DNA from: Eledone cirrhosa
Taxonomy: Eukaryota
Length of the DNA: 64,000 nucleotides
Assembly: GCA_964016885.1 (NCBI GenBank)
Contig: OZ024740.1
Coordinates: 292,578,001 to 292,642,000 of the forward strand
Direction: 5' to 3'
In this document: one piece after another, positions 40,121 to 53,137 of the stretch
Layout: each line of letters begins with the position of its first letter
Numbering within the stretch: the first letter of the stretch is position 1
Notes under the pieces: model-generated
Database searches by the model: none
Seen by the model: only the letters and a program-made list of their open reading frames with translations
What the model was told of the DNA's origin: nothing
Position numbers and translations under genes: made by a program

Positions 40121-41060
40121 TAATAATAATAATAATTTCATTTATTAGCCACAAGGGCCGACATGTAGGGGACAATACAAAGACAGGGACAGTGGGGGTT
40201 TACAATAAGGTCGAGTAAAAGTGCACAATGGCAAGACTAATTTAACAATGAAAATATAAAAATATAAAATAAACTATGCTTAAATATAACAAAATAAATT
40301 CCCCGATAGGGGAGTGATTCGGGTACCCCACCAATCCTGAACCACCCCTCTCCTCAAGTTAGCTAGCCTATAGGCGCATGGTCAGAGTAGGCCCATTCAC
40401 ACAAGCCATTCTCGCACCTTTTAGCAAATGTACTGGGGGGCAGCACTTCTCTCTCCACCCTCACCTTCCTTTCCAGGTGAAACTTGAAGAAGTTGATGAG
40501 GGATTGGCCGAAGAGAAAAGTGTCTGTCTTTAGTCCTTTCAACCTGGTCCACCATATAATCTCTTTCGTAACTGCCACCAGACAGAGGAAAATTTCCTGC
40601 TCTTCCTGACCTAAGGAAGGCGGTGGATCGATCTTCACTATGGACTCGGCCGATAGCCGGATTCGTTCCACACGCGACAGTAGCTGTTCGACATAACTCC
40701 ACAAGTCAGTAATGCACGGAAATTGGACAAGTGCGTGCAGAACGGTTTCGTCGTTCTGTGCGCATCTTGGGCAGGTCCATCTGACAGTACTTCCGTGCCT
40801 GTAGAGTTTATCCCGAACCGGCAGTGCCCCCCGGTAGCACTGCCAAGCGAGGGATTTCTGGAAATTGTCCATCGTCCCCGGCTCAAAAGTCCTCCGGTAC
40901 AGACTGGTCAGTTCGACTTCGTCGAGGCCCAAAGCTTCTCCGAGTGCGTCATCGCACTTGCCCACCACTAATCCTCTATAGAACTCAAGAGTGGAAGTTC
41001 CACTGATCGCATTGCCCGCTTGGTAGAGGGAAGTGAGTGCCTGGCAACATTCCAGGTGCC
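40121..41060 (-). mobile_element. Tx1/L1-type LINE copy D, 5'-truncated, flanked by a direct duplication of about 67 bp
   Basis: ORF 40363-40968 is the ORF2 C-terminus; flanks 40050-40117 and 41061-41127 are the same SINE-tail sequence. Confidence 0.88.
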
Positions 41061-41163
41061 ATAATAATTATAATTGTTTCTACGTTTTGGCACAAGGCCA
41101 GCAAATACCCAGTGCATTACTGGTACTTTATTTTATCGACCCCGTAAGGATGAAAGGCAAAGT

Positions 41164-42292
41164 TTATTGTGTACAGTGCTCAGGTGCACTACAACTCGTC
41201 AAAGGTGCATGTATAGTACATAGAATAATATACAAATGTCAGGGAAGTGAATAGTGTATGAGTTATGATATACATGTGTGCGTGTGTATGGAGGGGGAAT
41301 ATTAGGTGTAGTGTTGGCGAATCTCAGGAAGCATGGAGATTTTAAAGGATGCAGTGTCTCGGCAGCTAACAACTGATGCAGGTAATTTGTTCCATGCTTC
41401 AACAACTCTGAGTGTGAAAAAATGTTTCCGAAAGTCATGGGAACTGTGCTGTTTTCTGACTTTGTGGGCATGCCCACGTGTGTTAGACACATGGAAATCA
41501 AAAAGGTACTCAGGGTTGTTGTTGGCAAAATGGTTAATAATTTTGTGGGTGTTTACCAAGTCAGTTGCCAGGCATCGGAGCTTCAATGTATCCATGCCCA
41601 GGGAAGCAAGGCGTTCAGAGTATGGTAGATGCCTGATGGAGGGTATTTGCTTGGTTGCACGTCTCTGAACAGTTTCCAGGCGGTCAATGTTCTGAGCAAG
41701 ATAGGGGTTCCAGACTGGTGATACAAATTCTAAGTGTGGCCGCACCATAGATATCTACAGCTTTAAATAGATAGCTGGAGAGCGGCTGACAAAGGTCTTG
41801 CTGAGTGATGCTAAGACATCCTCGGCCTTCTTGACAATTTTAGAGACGTGCTTCGTCCAACGCAAATCGATGCTGACCATAATGCCCAGGTGACGTTCAC
41901 AAGAAGACTTCTTGATATTAGTGTTGTGGAGGGAGCATGTGGACGCTGGGTTTTTACTCCCAAAATGCATGGTGGTACACTTGTCCACAGCTAGCTTGAG
42001 TTGCCAGTCTGTGAGCCATTGTTGCATTGTGTCCAGGTCAGATTGCAGGCAAGATCTATAATGTTCAGGATCTGTCCTTATTATCTCAAGGTACAGCTTG
42101 ATGTCATCTGCATATTTCAGTACTGTGGCATTTTTTAAGTTGGCATCTATGTCATTAATATATGGCACAAACAAAAGGGCGCCAAGAACATATCCCTGTG
42201 GTACACCAGATGACATCTCATATGGTGAGGAATGCTATCCTAGAACCGCGTCTACCTCTCTTCGATGAGATTGAAGGACTTCAACCAGTTGA
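41164..42292 (-). mobile_element. CR1-clade LINE 3' fragment; another 3' tip at about 47838-47886(+)
   Basis: SGVPQGYVLG.LLF..YIND, YADDIKLY, VRPHLEF..PVWNPY, LETVQRRATK, RKHFFTLRVVEAWNKLP. Confidence 0.92.
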
Positions 42293-42355
42293 TATACACA
42301 CATATACACAAAATAGATAAAAACCCACGACATATTAATGGTTTCCTACACAATC

Positions 42356-42450
42356 GATGATGAAGACGAAGGAAAAGATAGTTTCATTGCTTAGGTGATA
42401 TACAGATTCACCTAAGCAATGAAACTATCTTTTCCTTCGTCTTCATCATC
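42356..42450. repeat. Perfect hairpin, 43-bp arms, 9-nt loop
   Basis: gatgatgaagacgaaggaaaagatagtttcattgcttaggtga / exact reverse complement at 42408-42450. Confidence 0.95.
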
Positions 42451-42949
42451 ATCGCCGTTTAACGTTTTATTTTCCATGCTTGCATTGGTCAGATGGGTCG
42501 TTCACGTTATGAGGCAAGTATGGCCAGTTGGTCGCACCACACCTTGCTCAAATGGAACTGCATTTTGTCCGACTTTTTACAGTTAGATGCCCTTCTCAAC
42601 ACAATCCACTTTTACAGTGTGTAACTGTGTGGTACCGTTATGCGGAGGGTCTGACCATTTGGCTGCGCTGTACCTTGCTCAAACGGAACTGTATTTTGGC
42701 CGTTTTTTTTTTTACAGCGAGATGCCCTTCCTAACACCAACCACGTTTACAATGTAGAACTGGGTGGTTCCATTATGAGGGGTCAGGCCTATTGGCCGCG
42801 CCATACCCAGCTCTTAAGCGGATCCGTATTTGGGATTTGTGTGGACCCGTAATGAGGTAGGTCTCACCAGTTAACCTCGCTCATATAAACAATTAAATAA
42901 AACAGTGTGAGAGAGGGAACTTTCAATGCCTTTGGTGATAGTGTGTGAT

Positions 42950-43149
42950 CCGGGACTTTATACGGGGTTTTCACCCCGAATTACTCTAGGTAGGGTTTTT
43001 TTCCCCCCAATGGGGAATTTCTATAGCTCGAAAATTTATTATTACATTTATTGTTTTTATTATTATTTTTTTTGTTAGTTCCGGACGTTTTTACTCGGTG
43101 TAAACCGCACCTTGTGTTACCATTCTTGCTTGTATTGTCCCCAATGTCT

Positions 43150-43183
<34 letters not shown>
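42950..43183 (+). mobile_element. Tx1/L1-type LINE 3' UTR remnant (copy E) ending in (ATT)n
   Basis: ccccccaatggggaattt motif, T-rich stretch, and tgtattgtcccc.atgtc as in copies C/D. Confidence 0.6.
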
Positions 43184-43184
<1 letters not shown>

Positions 43185-43913
43185 AGGGCGGTGGATTGGC
43201 AGTATCGGTAGAGGGTCGGACGCCATGCTTTCCAGCATACTTACGTCCCTTTACGGTCTGAGTTCAAATCCCGTTGAGGTTAACTTTGCCTTTCATCCTT
43301 ACGGGGTCGATAAAATAAAGCACTAGTATCGTACTGGGGTCGAGTTAATCGACTTTCCCCTCCCCCAAAATTGCTGGCGTTGTGCCTATATAAGAAACCA
43401 TTATTACTATTATTATAAGGGTAGCGGATTGGCAGTATCGGTAGAGCGTCGGACAATATATTTTGCAGCATATAGTTACGGCCCTTTATGTTCTGAGCTC
43501 AAATCCTGTTGAGGTTAGCTTTGCCTTTCATCATTTCGAGGTTGATAAAATAAAGCACCAGTAAACATTGGAGTCGATTTAATCGATTTTCCCCTCCCTT
43601 TCAAATTGTTGGCCTAGTGCTTAAAGTAGAAACAATTATCATTATTAAAGTGTGGATTGGCAGTATCGGTAGAGGGTCGGACGCCATGCTTTCCAGCTAA
43701 GAGTTACGGCCCTTTATGGTCTGAGTTATGCTCTCATCTATATAGAAAGAGGGCGAGCGCCAGGCGAGGGGCATTTACATAGATAGAGAGAAAAGGGTAT
43801 GAGTTTAAATCCCGGCGAGGTTAACTTTGCTTTTCGTCCTTACGGGGTCGATAAAGTACCAGTAATAAACAGGATGATTGCTGGCCTTGTGCCAAAAGTA
43901 GAAACAATTATTA
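43185..43913 (+). mobile_element. Head-to-tail array of four type-1 SINE copies
   Basis: Units at about 43185-43417, 43419-43647, 43649-43727 (truncated) and 43799-43913; the first three heads follow an ATT-rich tail. Confidence 0.88.
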
Positions 43914-44254
43914 AAGTGTGCTGGCTTTCAGATATAACAGAGCTGGTCATCATTTCAGTGGGAACCTATGGGGAATTAGAAAGATGAATCAATAATAATG
44001 ATAATATTCTGCCCTAGGTGTCTGTCATTTCTATTGTATGAAAATGACAGGGTCTATGTATAGTTGTTCAACTTTCAAAAATGACACATTAGTTAATACT
44101 ATAGTCCAGGGTACATAATTCATGAAAATATAAAAAGAAAAAGATGTCATTTACTTCTGACTGATCATGTTTGATTTGAACTTAAATCCCAATAACAATA
44201 CTTCAGAACATTTCTTAGCTCGCTGAATACTATGGTAACTTTGCTATATATCAT

Positions 44255-44479
44255 AACCCTTTAGTTACCAACCCAGCCAAGAGCAGCTCTGGTTCTATGA
44301 AATAAAACTGCCCATTTTAAAAGTTTACAATTTAAATTAAAATCTTCCAACATAATTTTATATAAGTTACTATCTTAGTAATGAAATAACTAATAATTTT
44401 AGTAAATCCTTCAAAATTTTTCATTAATCAATTAAAATAGAGTTTATTTTTCATAGAAATGTGGTCATGAACGAGTTAA
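44255..44479. mobile_element. piggyBac-like (TTAA) MITE; second copy at about 56138-56377
   Basis: (t)taaCCCTTTAGTTACCA ... TGGTCATGAACGAGttaa; the internal sequence recurs at 56138-56377. Confidence 0.6.
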
Positions 44480-45669
44480 GATATTTTAAAGTTGAAGAAA
44501 AGACAACAGATGGAATAGACAAAAAAGTGTCAAGAAATTTGAAATTTCACGAAGAAAAATGTACACACCATTTAACCAAACCAAACCGCCAAGAGTTAAC
44601 TCAGAAAGATTTCAGAGCCTTAATATACCATAGCTAACAGCTTACAAATTACATGTATTAAGATCTTTGGTATGGTATGGTCTGGTCCTGTGACTTCCAA
44701 TGGAGTCATGGCATTTCTAGCGTATGTTTAAACCTGACAAAGCCCAATCCTCTCCAGGTCTGAACACAGCAGATTTCTGGTGGAATTTGAACTGAGAGAG
44801 CAGGGAGCCGAAACGAATATCACAAAACACTATCCAACTTTCTATTGACTTTGCCAATTCGCCGCCTTATTAAAATCTTTAAGTGTGATAAAAAAAAAAA
44901 TGATTTCAAACAGAGACTTACGATCATAATGGTGTGGGTTTGATTCCTGGGCTGGGTTGCGTGTTCTTGAGCAAAACACTTCACTTCACATTGCTCCAGT
45001 ATACTCAGCTGAGACAGACTTTAGATTTGTTACAGTAAAATTGATCACCTACTAAAGAAAGTCAAACTAAAACTTCCAATTCAGGATTCTTATTGTTGAT
45101 CTCTGATTGACCAAGCAAACTTACCTATGATCAAAGACATTCCAAATGTGACTATCCAGTTTTTTCAGATTGCATACATAGGACTTCATTTAACATAATG
45201 AAGTGTAGTATAGATTTGGTTGCTATTTCTAGGTTTAGCTATTACGTACAGATATTGTTTTGGCTTGATTTCAGCTTTTTTAATTTTTTTTTAATTTTAC
45301 ATTCAGTATAATTGGCAGATCCTAAAGACATCTTTCAAGTTCAGAACAGATCGTTCAAGCAGAAGTAATATTTACAGCAAATCAAAGTCTATAATGATAA
45401 GGAGATATTTTACCACCAATTCAGGTTTATAGTATTACTTACTGTAAGTGTTCAGTTACATATCAGTTCTAGTAATATATTAAATTCCCTTAATTTTCAT
45501 TAAGCAAAGTTTCTATTTTTTTTATTAATTTGTGTATACAAAGAAGAAGTCCATTCAGATAGACAAAAAAATAAAGCAACTATAGAGGCATCAAGTGATG
45601 AACTAAAAAAAGTAACAGGACATATTTCTAAGCACAACTGATTAAGATTAGGCTCGAGAATGATTGCTG

Positions 45670-46760
45670 TTCTTTTCCTCATGAAACAACGAGAAATTCT
45701 CAGCTAAGAGTAAGTCACTGTACCTAACATTTGGTAATCTGAAGAAAGCCTTTGACAAAGCACCATGTTCTATATCTAGATATCTTTAAGGAGACTAGCT
45801 ATAGATGAATAGTTGTGAAAACAGCATAAGCCCTCGGTAAGGTGACAGTTGTCAATGAGATCTATAAAGAATTTACTATGCAGATGTTCATCAAAACTTG
45901 CTCCTCCACCCCTTTCTGTTTAATGTAGCTCCTCAGTTTAAGACAAGCTATCCATGGTAGTTATGGTATATTGATGACCGGGTTCTTATAACTGAATCTC
46001 TGGAAGGTTTGGAGAATAAATTCCTGATGCGGAAAAACAAAATTCAAAGGACTAAGAGTAAACTAAGCATAGACTGAAATTTTATTAAGTAAAAAAGGAG
46101 ACAAGACCACATTGCCATCAAGGATGTCCCATTCTTGATATGCAAAGAGATTTTCTCAAGTGGAAAGTAAATTATATGATGCTTGTATACTAGGGTGCTG
46201 AAAAGTTCCTGGCTTAAGGGTATAACTTTACAGGGGAGGTAGGACTATTGCAATGTGTGTGAATCAGAGGGGAATATGTTGAATAAAATCATAATTAACT
46301 GATCCTCCTGTATTTTCTTTTACCCAAAGCCAGGAACTTTTCAGCACCCCAGTAAACAGTGTAGTATTACATAGCAGCAAGACACAGGCATTAAATACAG
46401 AAGGTGTACCAAATCTAGAAAGAAATGAAGTCAGCATGTTCTGCTGCATGTGTAATATGAATATACATGGATGAAGCAGTTCAGATAAGTTAAGAGAAAA
46501 ACTGCTTATAAGAGAGGAATCAGGCGTGTGCAAGAGATAAGATTGTACTGGACCAGCATCTAATGCATGTGGATGATGACAGTTGGGTAAAGAAGTGTCA
46601 GGAGTTACAAATGGAGAGAACAAGGTAGACATAAGCAGATGTAGTGAAAGCTGAATTTAGATGCTGAATGTCAGATGACAAAGAAGTCAACAAATGGTGA
46701 GCTGCTGCATTGTAGAGGTACTTGTCCAATCCTAGCAACCATGAAAAAGAATGGATACAA
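45670..46760 (+). mobile_element. Degenerate RTE LINE fragment, interrupted by a mariner MITE
   Basis: LKKAFDK, then KLYDAC|...VVLHSSKT on either side of the insert; similar to 59113-59620. Confidence 0.6.
46190..46352 (+). mobile_element. mariner-derived MITE (same family as 9719-9922)
   Basis: TA|CTAGGGTGCTGAAAAGTTCCTGGCTT ... AAGCCAGGAACTTTTCAGCACCCCAG|TA. Confidence 0.82.
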
Positions 46761-49065
46761 AAACGACAAAGATGCTGATTAAAGTGTGGGATATGTATGG
46801 TTAATGTAGATTTGGAAACTCTACATCAACCATACATATTTTCATCCATGCATACATTACACATCCAGCAGAACATGCTGACTTCATTTCTTTCCAGACT
46901 TGGCACACCTTCTGCATTTAATGCACGTGTATTGCTGCTATGTCTACATATATAAGCTTATACAGTTGATGTGGGTTCAAGTGGGGTTACGAAACAACCA
47001 ACTAAATAAGAACTCAGTACAATTATATGCACAGAGTGTTTCACCTTCTAAGAGTATTTTATGTTTGGGATTCATGACACACAGCCTAACATAAAAACAG
47101 GACCACGGTGACTATATCTGAACATTGGGGGTATTGGATTAAGTCACTTAGGTTAAAATTATTTTGGAATGCAAGTGTTACTGTGTGGTTTAGAAGAATT
47201 TCTGAGTTAAATCTCACTTTGTGGCACTTTGAGTAAGTCTTTTCTTCCATAGTTTCCAGTTGACCGATGCTTTGTAAGTGAAATTTGAAAGGAACTGTGT
47301 AGAATCCTGTATAAAAGTCATTTTAAGCCCACTTTTTCATGAAGGTATGGGTCTCACAGTCTTACCACAACCTACATTATCTAGCACACACAGCAACAGA
47401 GAAAAATAACCAACTTTGTTGTGCATGTCAGTGTAGCTTGAATGTATTTTATCATGCCACCAGCACAAGAAAAGCTGTCTGCAACAAGACAAATGGGTCC
47501 TGTTTTTCCTTGTATCAGTTCTTATTCAGAATAATGGTATTCCTAGATGGGTTGTCTTTGCTGCAGACAACATGTGAAGTTCACATATCCATTATTGGTT
47601 TAGTTGTACAGTTGGACATTTTTGAAAATGTAGGCAGCTGCTTGGAATTTAACAAAACAAAAAAAAAAATGTTTAGCCATGAACTGATAGTTCAATACTT
47701 ACCCAAAGTCAATAATTTTGATTTAGCAGTAATGCATCAACTATTAAACATCTGCTTTTTAAAACAGTTGTAACAAAGAACTGAACATTAAAAAAAAAAA
47801 AAAATTGCTATCATCATTGTACATTATTCTATGTACTATACATGCACCTTTGATGAGTTGTAGTGCACCTGAGCACTGTACACAATGATTTTCATTATTA
47901 TCATCATTTTAATGCCTGCCGTTCCAACTAGCACGGATTGGATGGAGTGCCACAAACCAAGTCAGTACTTAGAGCTACAGACCTCTCATAAGGGCCAGGA
48001 ACCTGCTTATTGCTTACATATATTCCCACACTCTACAAAGTGCATCAGCAGGTGCATTATTGTGACACCTGCACTAGTGAAGTTGTCATGTTTGACAGTT
48101 GAAGAGTCCTCCTGATCCTTTGTTTGGCAGTTTTCCTACTGTTAGATGCTCTTCCTATCACCAGCCACTTTACAGAGTGTACTGGGTGCATTTTATTGTG
48201 TTAAAAAACCCACCATATCTGATGAGGAGGAAGTGGGTAGGTAGGTCTTCTCCAGTACAGCACAAATCTTCATGGTACTTTGTTAACTCTGCCATGAGGT
48301 TCAACTTAAGGTCAGTCCTCACTATCTCATCCTATGTCTTCCTAGGTTTATTTCAACGAGTTTCATCCACTGAGATTTCTCTGCACTTCTTTATACGCAT
48401 CAGAGATCCATATTAATGCAGTCTACTTTTTTGCATACTGCAGCCAGCACAAGATAGATACATTGGTGAGGAAACTGATAAATTGATGTATTTGAACAAA
48501 AAATACCTTCAGGTATTTGTTCTATCTGAATAGCATAAACACTACCATATCACCTTCACCTTTATATATATATAATAGACCCATGATATGGCCATTGGAA
48601 ACCAATACACAACAGCATTCACAAAAAAAGCAAGATATGAAAAATAATAAAAATATTACATTAAAAACCCCCAAGATTGTGGCTTTAGTACAATTCAGAA
48701 GAATTCAATGGAGGTTGTATATATGAATTACGAGATATGTGTTCAAGCTGTAGTATTTTTGTATTTTGATGTTAATATCGAAATATCATTTTACATCTGC
48801 TTTTCTATGCCTGCATGAGTTAAAGTCTTTTTTCAGAACAGCATCCATCCACTTGTCACATTCCTTCGTAATCTCCTCTGTGAGCTTCAGTGGTTTGAGA
48901 TCAGCTCTCACCACCTTTCTTGGCACATCTTCACACATCTATCAGTTGAGATATCAATAAAACAATCTATTTTCTCTATTGATAAATCAACTGAAAACTA
49001 GCTTACCACAATAAAGCAGCCTTTACTCTGTCGCTTCACCTGTCGGATAAGGTAGCCAAATCTTG

Positions 49066-49260
49066 CTGAAATTAAACCATGTTATGCTTATAAACTGGTC
49101 ACATTAGACACTGAAATTAAACCATGTCATTCCATGTTATCCTTATAAACTGGTTACAGACACGGAAATTAAACCATGTCATCCCATGTTATCCTTATAA
49201 ATTGGACACATTAGACATTGAAATTCAACACATATCCTTATAAAATGGTCACATTAGATA
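49066..49260. repeat. Short degenerate tandem repeat (about 4 units)
   Basis: gaaattaaaccatgt...atccttataaa.tgg.cacattaga recurs. Confidence 0.75.
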
Positions 49261-50088
49261 ATGCAGTCAGAAAGAAAAAAAAAAATTCAAGGGCAGGATA
49301 GTCACAATTGGAATGGCTTTTTATACAAATCTGTTTAATCAAAGCTGTCCTGAAGCTACTGGGCAAAACATTACTTAACTTTTTGTTTCATTTACCATCA
49401 TATCTTCTACTGCATAGTACTAGCTTTTTAAAAAAAAACTTATCAAAGACAAAACAATTTTTTGGAATACTGATAACAGCACACTGATAATATTTCATTA
49501 AAATTTTAATGTAAGTAGAGAACAGAAACAGCATGATAATAATATAGAAATAATTGTAATTGGCAATTAAGACAAAACAGGATCATAGAAATGATATAAT
49601 TTGACAATAACAAATATTTGCAAATTAGCAACTACAATAGATCATAGTATGCTGAACAAAAGTTCTGGGTCAAACATAACATTGAATATATGTATATAAT
49701 GTGTGTGTGTGTGTATATATATAGAGAGATATCTGTATGTGATTGACAACTGAGAGAAATAAGTATTCAATACCAAAGTAGAGTTCTTGGCTGATGACTC
49801 AGTAACAAGACTCACTATTTAGCCTTAATAAAATGTATATACATACATATTTATATATATATAATCAAATATAGAGAAGGAAAAATTAGCTTTTAAATCA
49901 TGTTAGTTACCTTTGGTTCATATATATATATATATGTATATATATACACACATGCACACAATAGTACAAATAATTGACAAAGGACCTTTTATGGATGGAA
50001 TGTAGCAAAGCTGCTGTATTGCAATCACTATACATCAGCTAGATAGCAGCACACTGCTGTTATCCCTTCACACACAGATGCAATAGGG

Positions 50089-50120
<32 letters not shown>

Positions 50121-51180
50121 AATGAAAGACCCCTTTGAATTAGCATTGTAAATCAGAAAATTAATTCACAACTATCTTGATATTTCAGAACAGTATGAAA
50201 TACAAAGTTTACAAACGTTAATATATAACAGTAACATTTAAATTGAAAACAAGTATTCCATTTTTCTGGAAATAAAGTGAGTAATAAACTATGGAAGGAA
50301 GGATGCTTAAATTCAATGGAAACAAGACAGAGGCAGCTGTTTGGGATTTAAATTTTAAGATTTTCAAACTGCCATTACAATCAGTTTCCTTGTAATTTAA
50401 GATAAAATATGTATTCTGCTCTTATAGTATATAAAAATATGAATGTCTATATGAATACCAATATCAAAAGAAATGGTCCCTCCCCATTCAAACACAGACA
50501 CATTTATGGAAGAAAACAACTGTGATCAGGAAAGTTTAATCACTTGGGATGTGATGTACACAGCATTGCATTGAAATTGAAATTATCACCGGCTGGTTAC
50601 TCAGTAACAACAGCTAAGAACAAGGTGCCTAGTTTAGAAGTTGCAGAAAGTTTATATTGATTTTTAGCATAGGCACAAGGCCAATCATTTTGAGAGAAGA
50701 TTGATTATAATTGATCTTGGAAAGATCAAAGGCAAAATTGACTTTGATGGAATTTGAATGCAGAACGAAAAGGGCCAAAAGTGAATACAGTAAAGAAATT
50801 GTATGACGGTCTAATGATTCTGCTAGTCCACAGCAGGAAATTATTAAAAAAGAGCATGCTCCAGAAGCAGTAAAGGTTCAAAGTCAGTCCATAGTTTGAA
50901 CCTCTCTAGTGAAAAGTAAATGAGATTAAGCACAACCTTCCAGAAAACTCGGGTTCAAAAGCCAGGAGGTTATTGATACAATGCTTGCAGTAGATATTAC
51001 TGAAGATAAAGAGAGAATGTTTGCCATTGGGAAAATAGAGACAAAAAGATGTACTTATTGCAAAATGCAAAGCTGATAATCTCATTTACAAACTTGCATT
51101 TAATGGTCAAAGTTTAAACTCACTATAAAATTGTGTGATATCAATGTAACTATAACTTATCTATAACATAAGATAATTGA

Positions 51181-51338
51181 TTAACTAAATATTTAACGTG
51201 GGGAGCATTTAAACAACTAAGGTTGTTGTTAACTAAATATTTAATGCGAGGGAACGTTTAAATCGCAAAGGTCGTTAACTAAATATTTAAAGCGAGGAGC
51301 ATTTAAACAGCTAAGGTTGTTGTTAAATAAATATTTAT
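51181..51338. repeat. Short tandem repeat (about 3 units of about 48 bp)
   Basis: ttaactaaatatttaa...gagcatttaaaca.ctaaggttgttg. Confidence 0.8.
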
Positions 51339-52957
51339 TTCAATACAGCAATTCTTGTGTTCTGAAATTATATGACTTTCATAAATGAATCAAATGAAAA
51401 TATAATTCCAGAGTTTAGTAGAATGATCAGTACTCCTTAGATTTCATTTGATAGGATATCAACACCTAGAAGATATCTTTTCTACTTAATGTTTTGAATT
51501 AGAAAGAATCTAATGAATTTTTGGAAAATTCAGATATTTCTTTTAAACAACAGAACTATATAGACACAAACTAAAAATGCAGAACTATTTCATTGAACAG
51601 CTTAATAATATTATAAAACTACAAGTTTGAGAGATACCAATATATAAGTCCAGTTTAAACAATGAATTTCTGCTTTCACCCTAAAATGGGTTTCAAACGA
51701 TCTCGTTTAGCGTGAGAAAATAAATTCATAGCCTAAACTTTTAATCTGTACAAATAAATATTTGCTGTACGGGTTTATATATACATATATATTACATCTC
51801 AACAGCATATAGGTTCGAATCCCACCTGTATGGTAACTGTCATTTCTAAAAAAAAAAAAATTTAAAAAAAAAACCTTCAAATTGGTTTTTATTTAAGTTT
51901 TGTATAACAGATTTAAAATATATTATTTAATACTAACTAAAATGAAAACGAAGTAGCTAGTCTTGGTAACAGCTGCGTAATTCAGCTATGCTACTGTGGC
52001 TATTTCTGGTACAAGTTAAATTTTGAATTAAATAAAAAAATATATCTGCCAGAACCTTTACAGAACTTAGGTTAACAAAAATAAACATTTTCACTTATCA
52101 GGAAGATAATTTTAGTACGGAAAACAAAACAGATTGTCGTAAATATACTTTCAGCATACAAATGAGTGTTAAGTAAAATAAAAGTTTTTAAAATTATTTC
52201 TTGAGTTTTGTATTTCAATTCTGACACACACACACATTATTACATGTGTGTGTGTGTGAGAGACAAAACACATAAATAAGGACAATTTTAATTAAAATAC
52301 TGTTCATGAACAATCATAATGTATATATATATTATACTTTACAACTATATATATATATATATATATAATTTTGTGTCATCTATGACACAAAATTAGTTTT
52401 CTAAAGAGATAACTTGCATTTGTGCTTTCATCGTTTTTTTAATGCTTTCTTTTGTTGTTTTCAGAGTTTGTATTGCTGCGGAATAAAGTTGAGTAAAAGT
52501 TGTGAGAAACTTAAACAGTGAAAGAAAAGTTGTAGCCGTCGGCTGAGTTCGGAGACAAAACATTCAGATAGAAAGAATTTGTTGCTTATGTTATACGAAC
52601 ACGTATGAATTAAATTAGGCCGCGTTTTTGTTGTAATTACTATAATTATCAGATTTCCAGGGAGGTGTGTGGTTGTTTAAATTATGATTGGTAATCATTT
52701 CAATTTGTATTGTGACTGAACAAAAGATGGTAAAACTCTCATACTCAGAATGTTCCATAGTGTCTGGATTGCTTTGTCTGTTTGTTTAAATAACACAGAA
52801 AAGAAAAGGACGGGTCTCTTTCACTTCTTTTTTTTTCTTTCCGTCTTTGGCAGGAAGAACCAGTTCCAAACATCCAGCGATGTGTCGACTTGTTGGTATG
52901 AACATCACCACCCACTTTTACGATGAAAATAAACATTATATACACATATATAACATA

Positions 52958-53137
52958 TTACACCAAGTTCCGTTTTCTGGCATAGTAACCTAAACAGGCA
53001 CATATACCGAGAATGCCAACAACGAGACCCAAAACCAGTGCCAATGCATCACCAGCATCAAACGCTGACACTCCTGGAGTGAAAAAAGCGAAAATTATAA
53101 GAAACGATAGACACAGAGAACTCACCAGGTCAGCCAT
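52958..53137 (-). CDS. SMIM30: Small integral membrane protein 30 (microprotein), single coding exon, 59 aa
   Basis: ATG at 53137 in a strong context (aaagATGG); MADLVSSLCLSFLIIFAFFTPGVSA-FDAGDALALVLGLVVGILGICACLGYYARKRNLV; signal-like N-terminus plus TM helix; closely matches the human SMIM30 C-terminal half as I recall it (EAGDAIALLLGVVLSITGICACLGVYARKRNG). Confidence 0.92.
   Translation of the reverse strand: MADLVSSLCLSFLIIFAFFTPGVSAFDAGDALALVLGLVVGILGICACLGYYARKRNLV

Noticed and set aside
50089-50118. Poly(A) run as a retrocopy tail
   Set aside because: No adjacent retrocopy body or target duplication is recognisable
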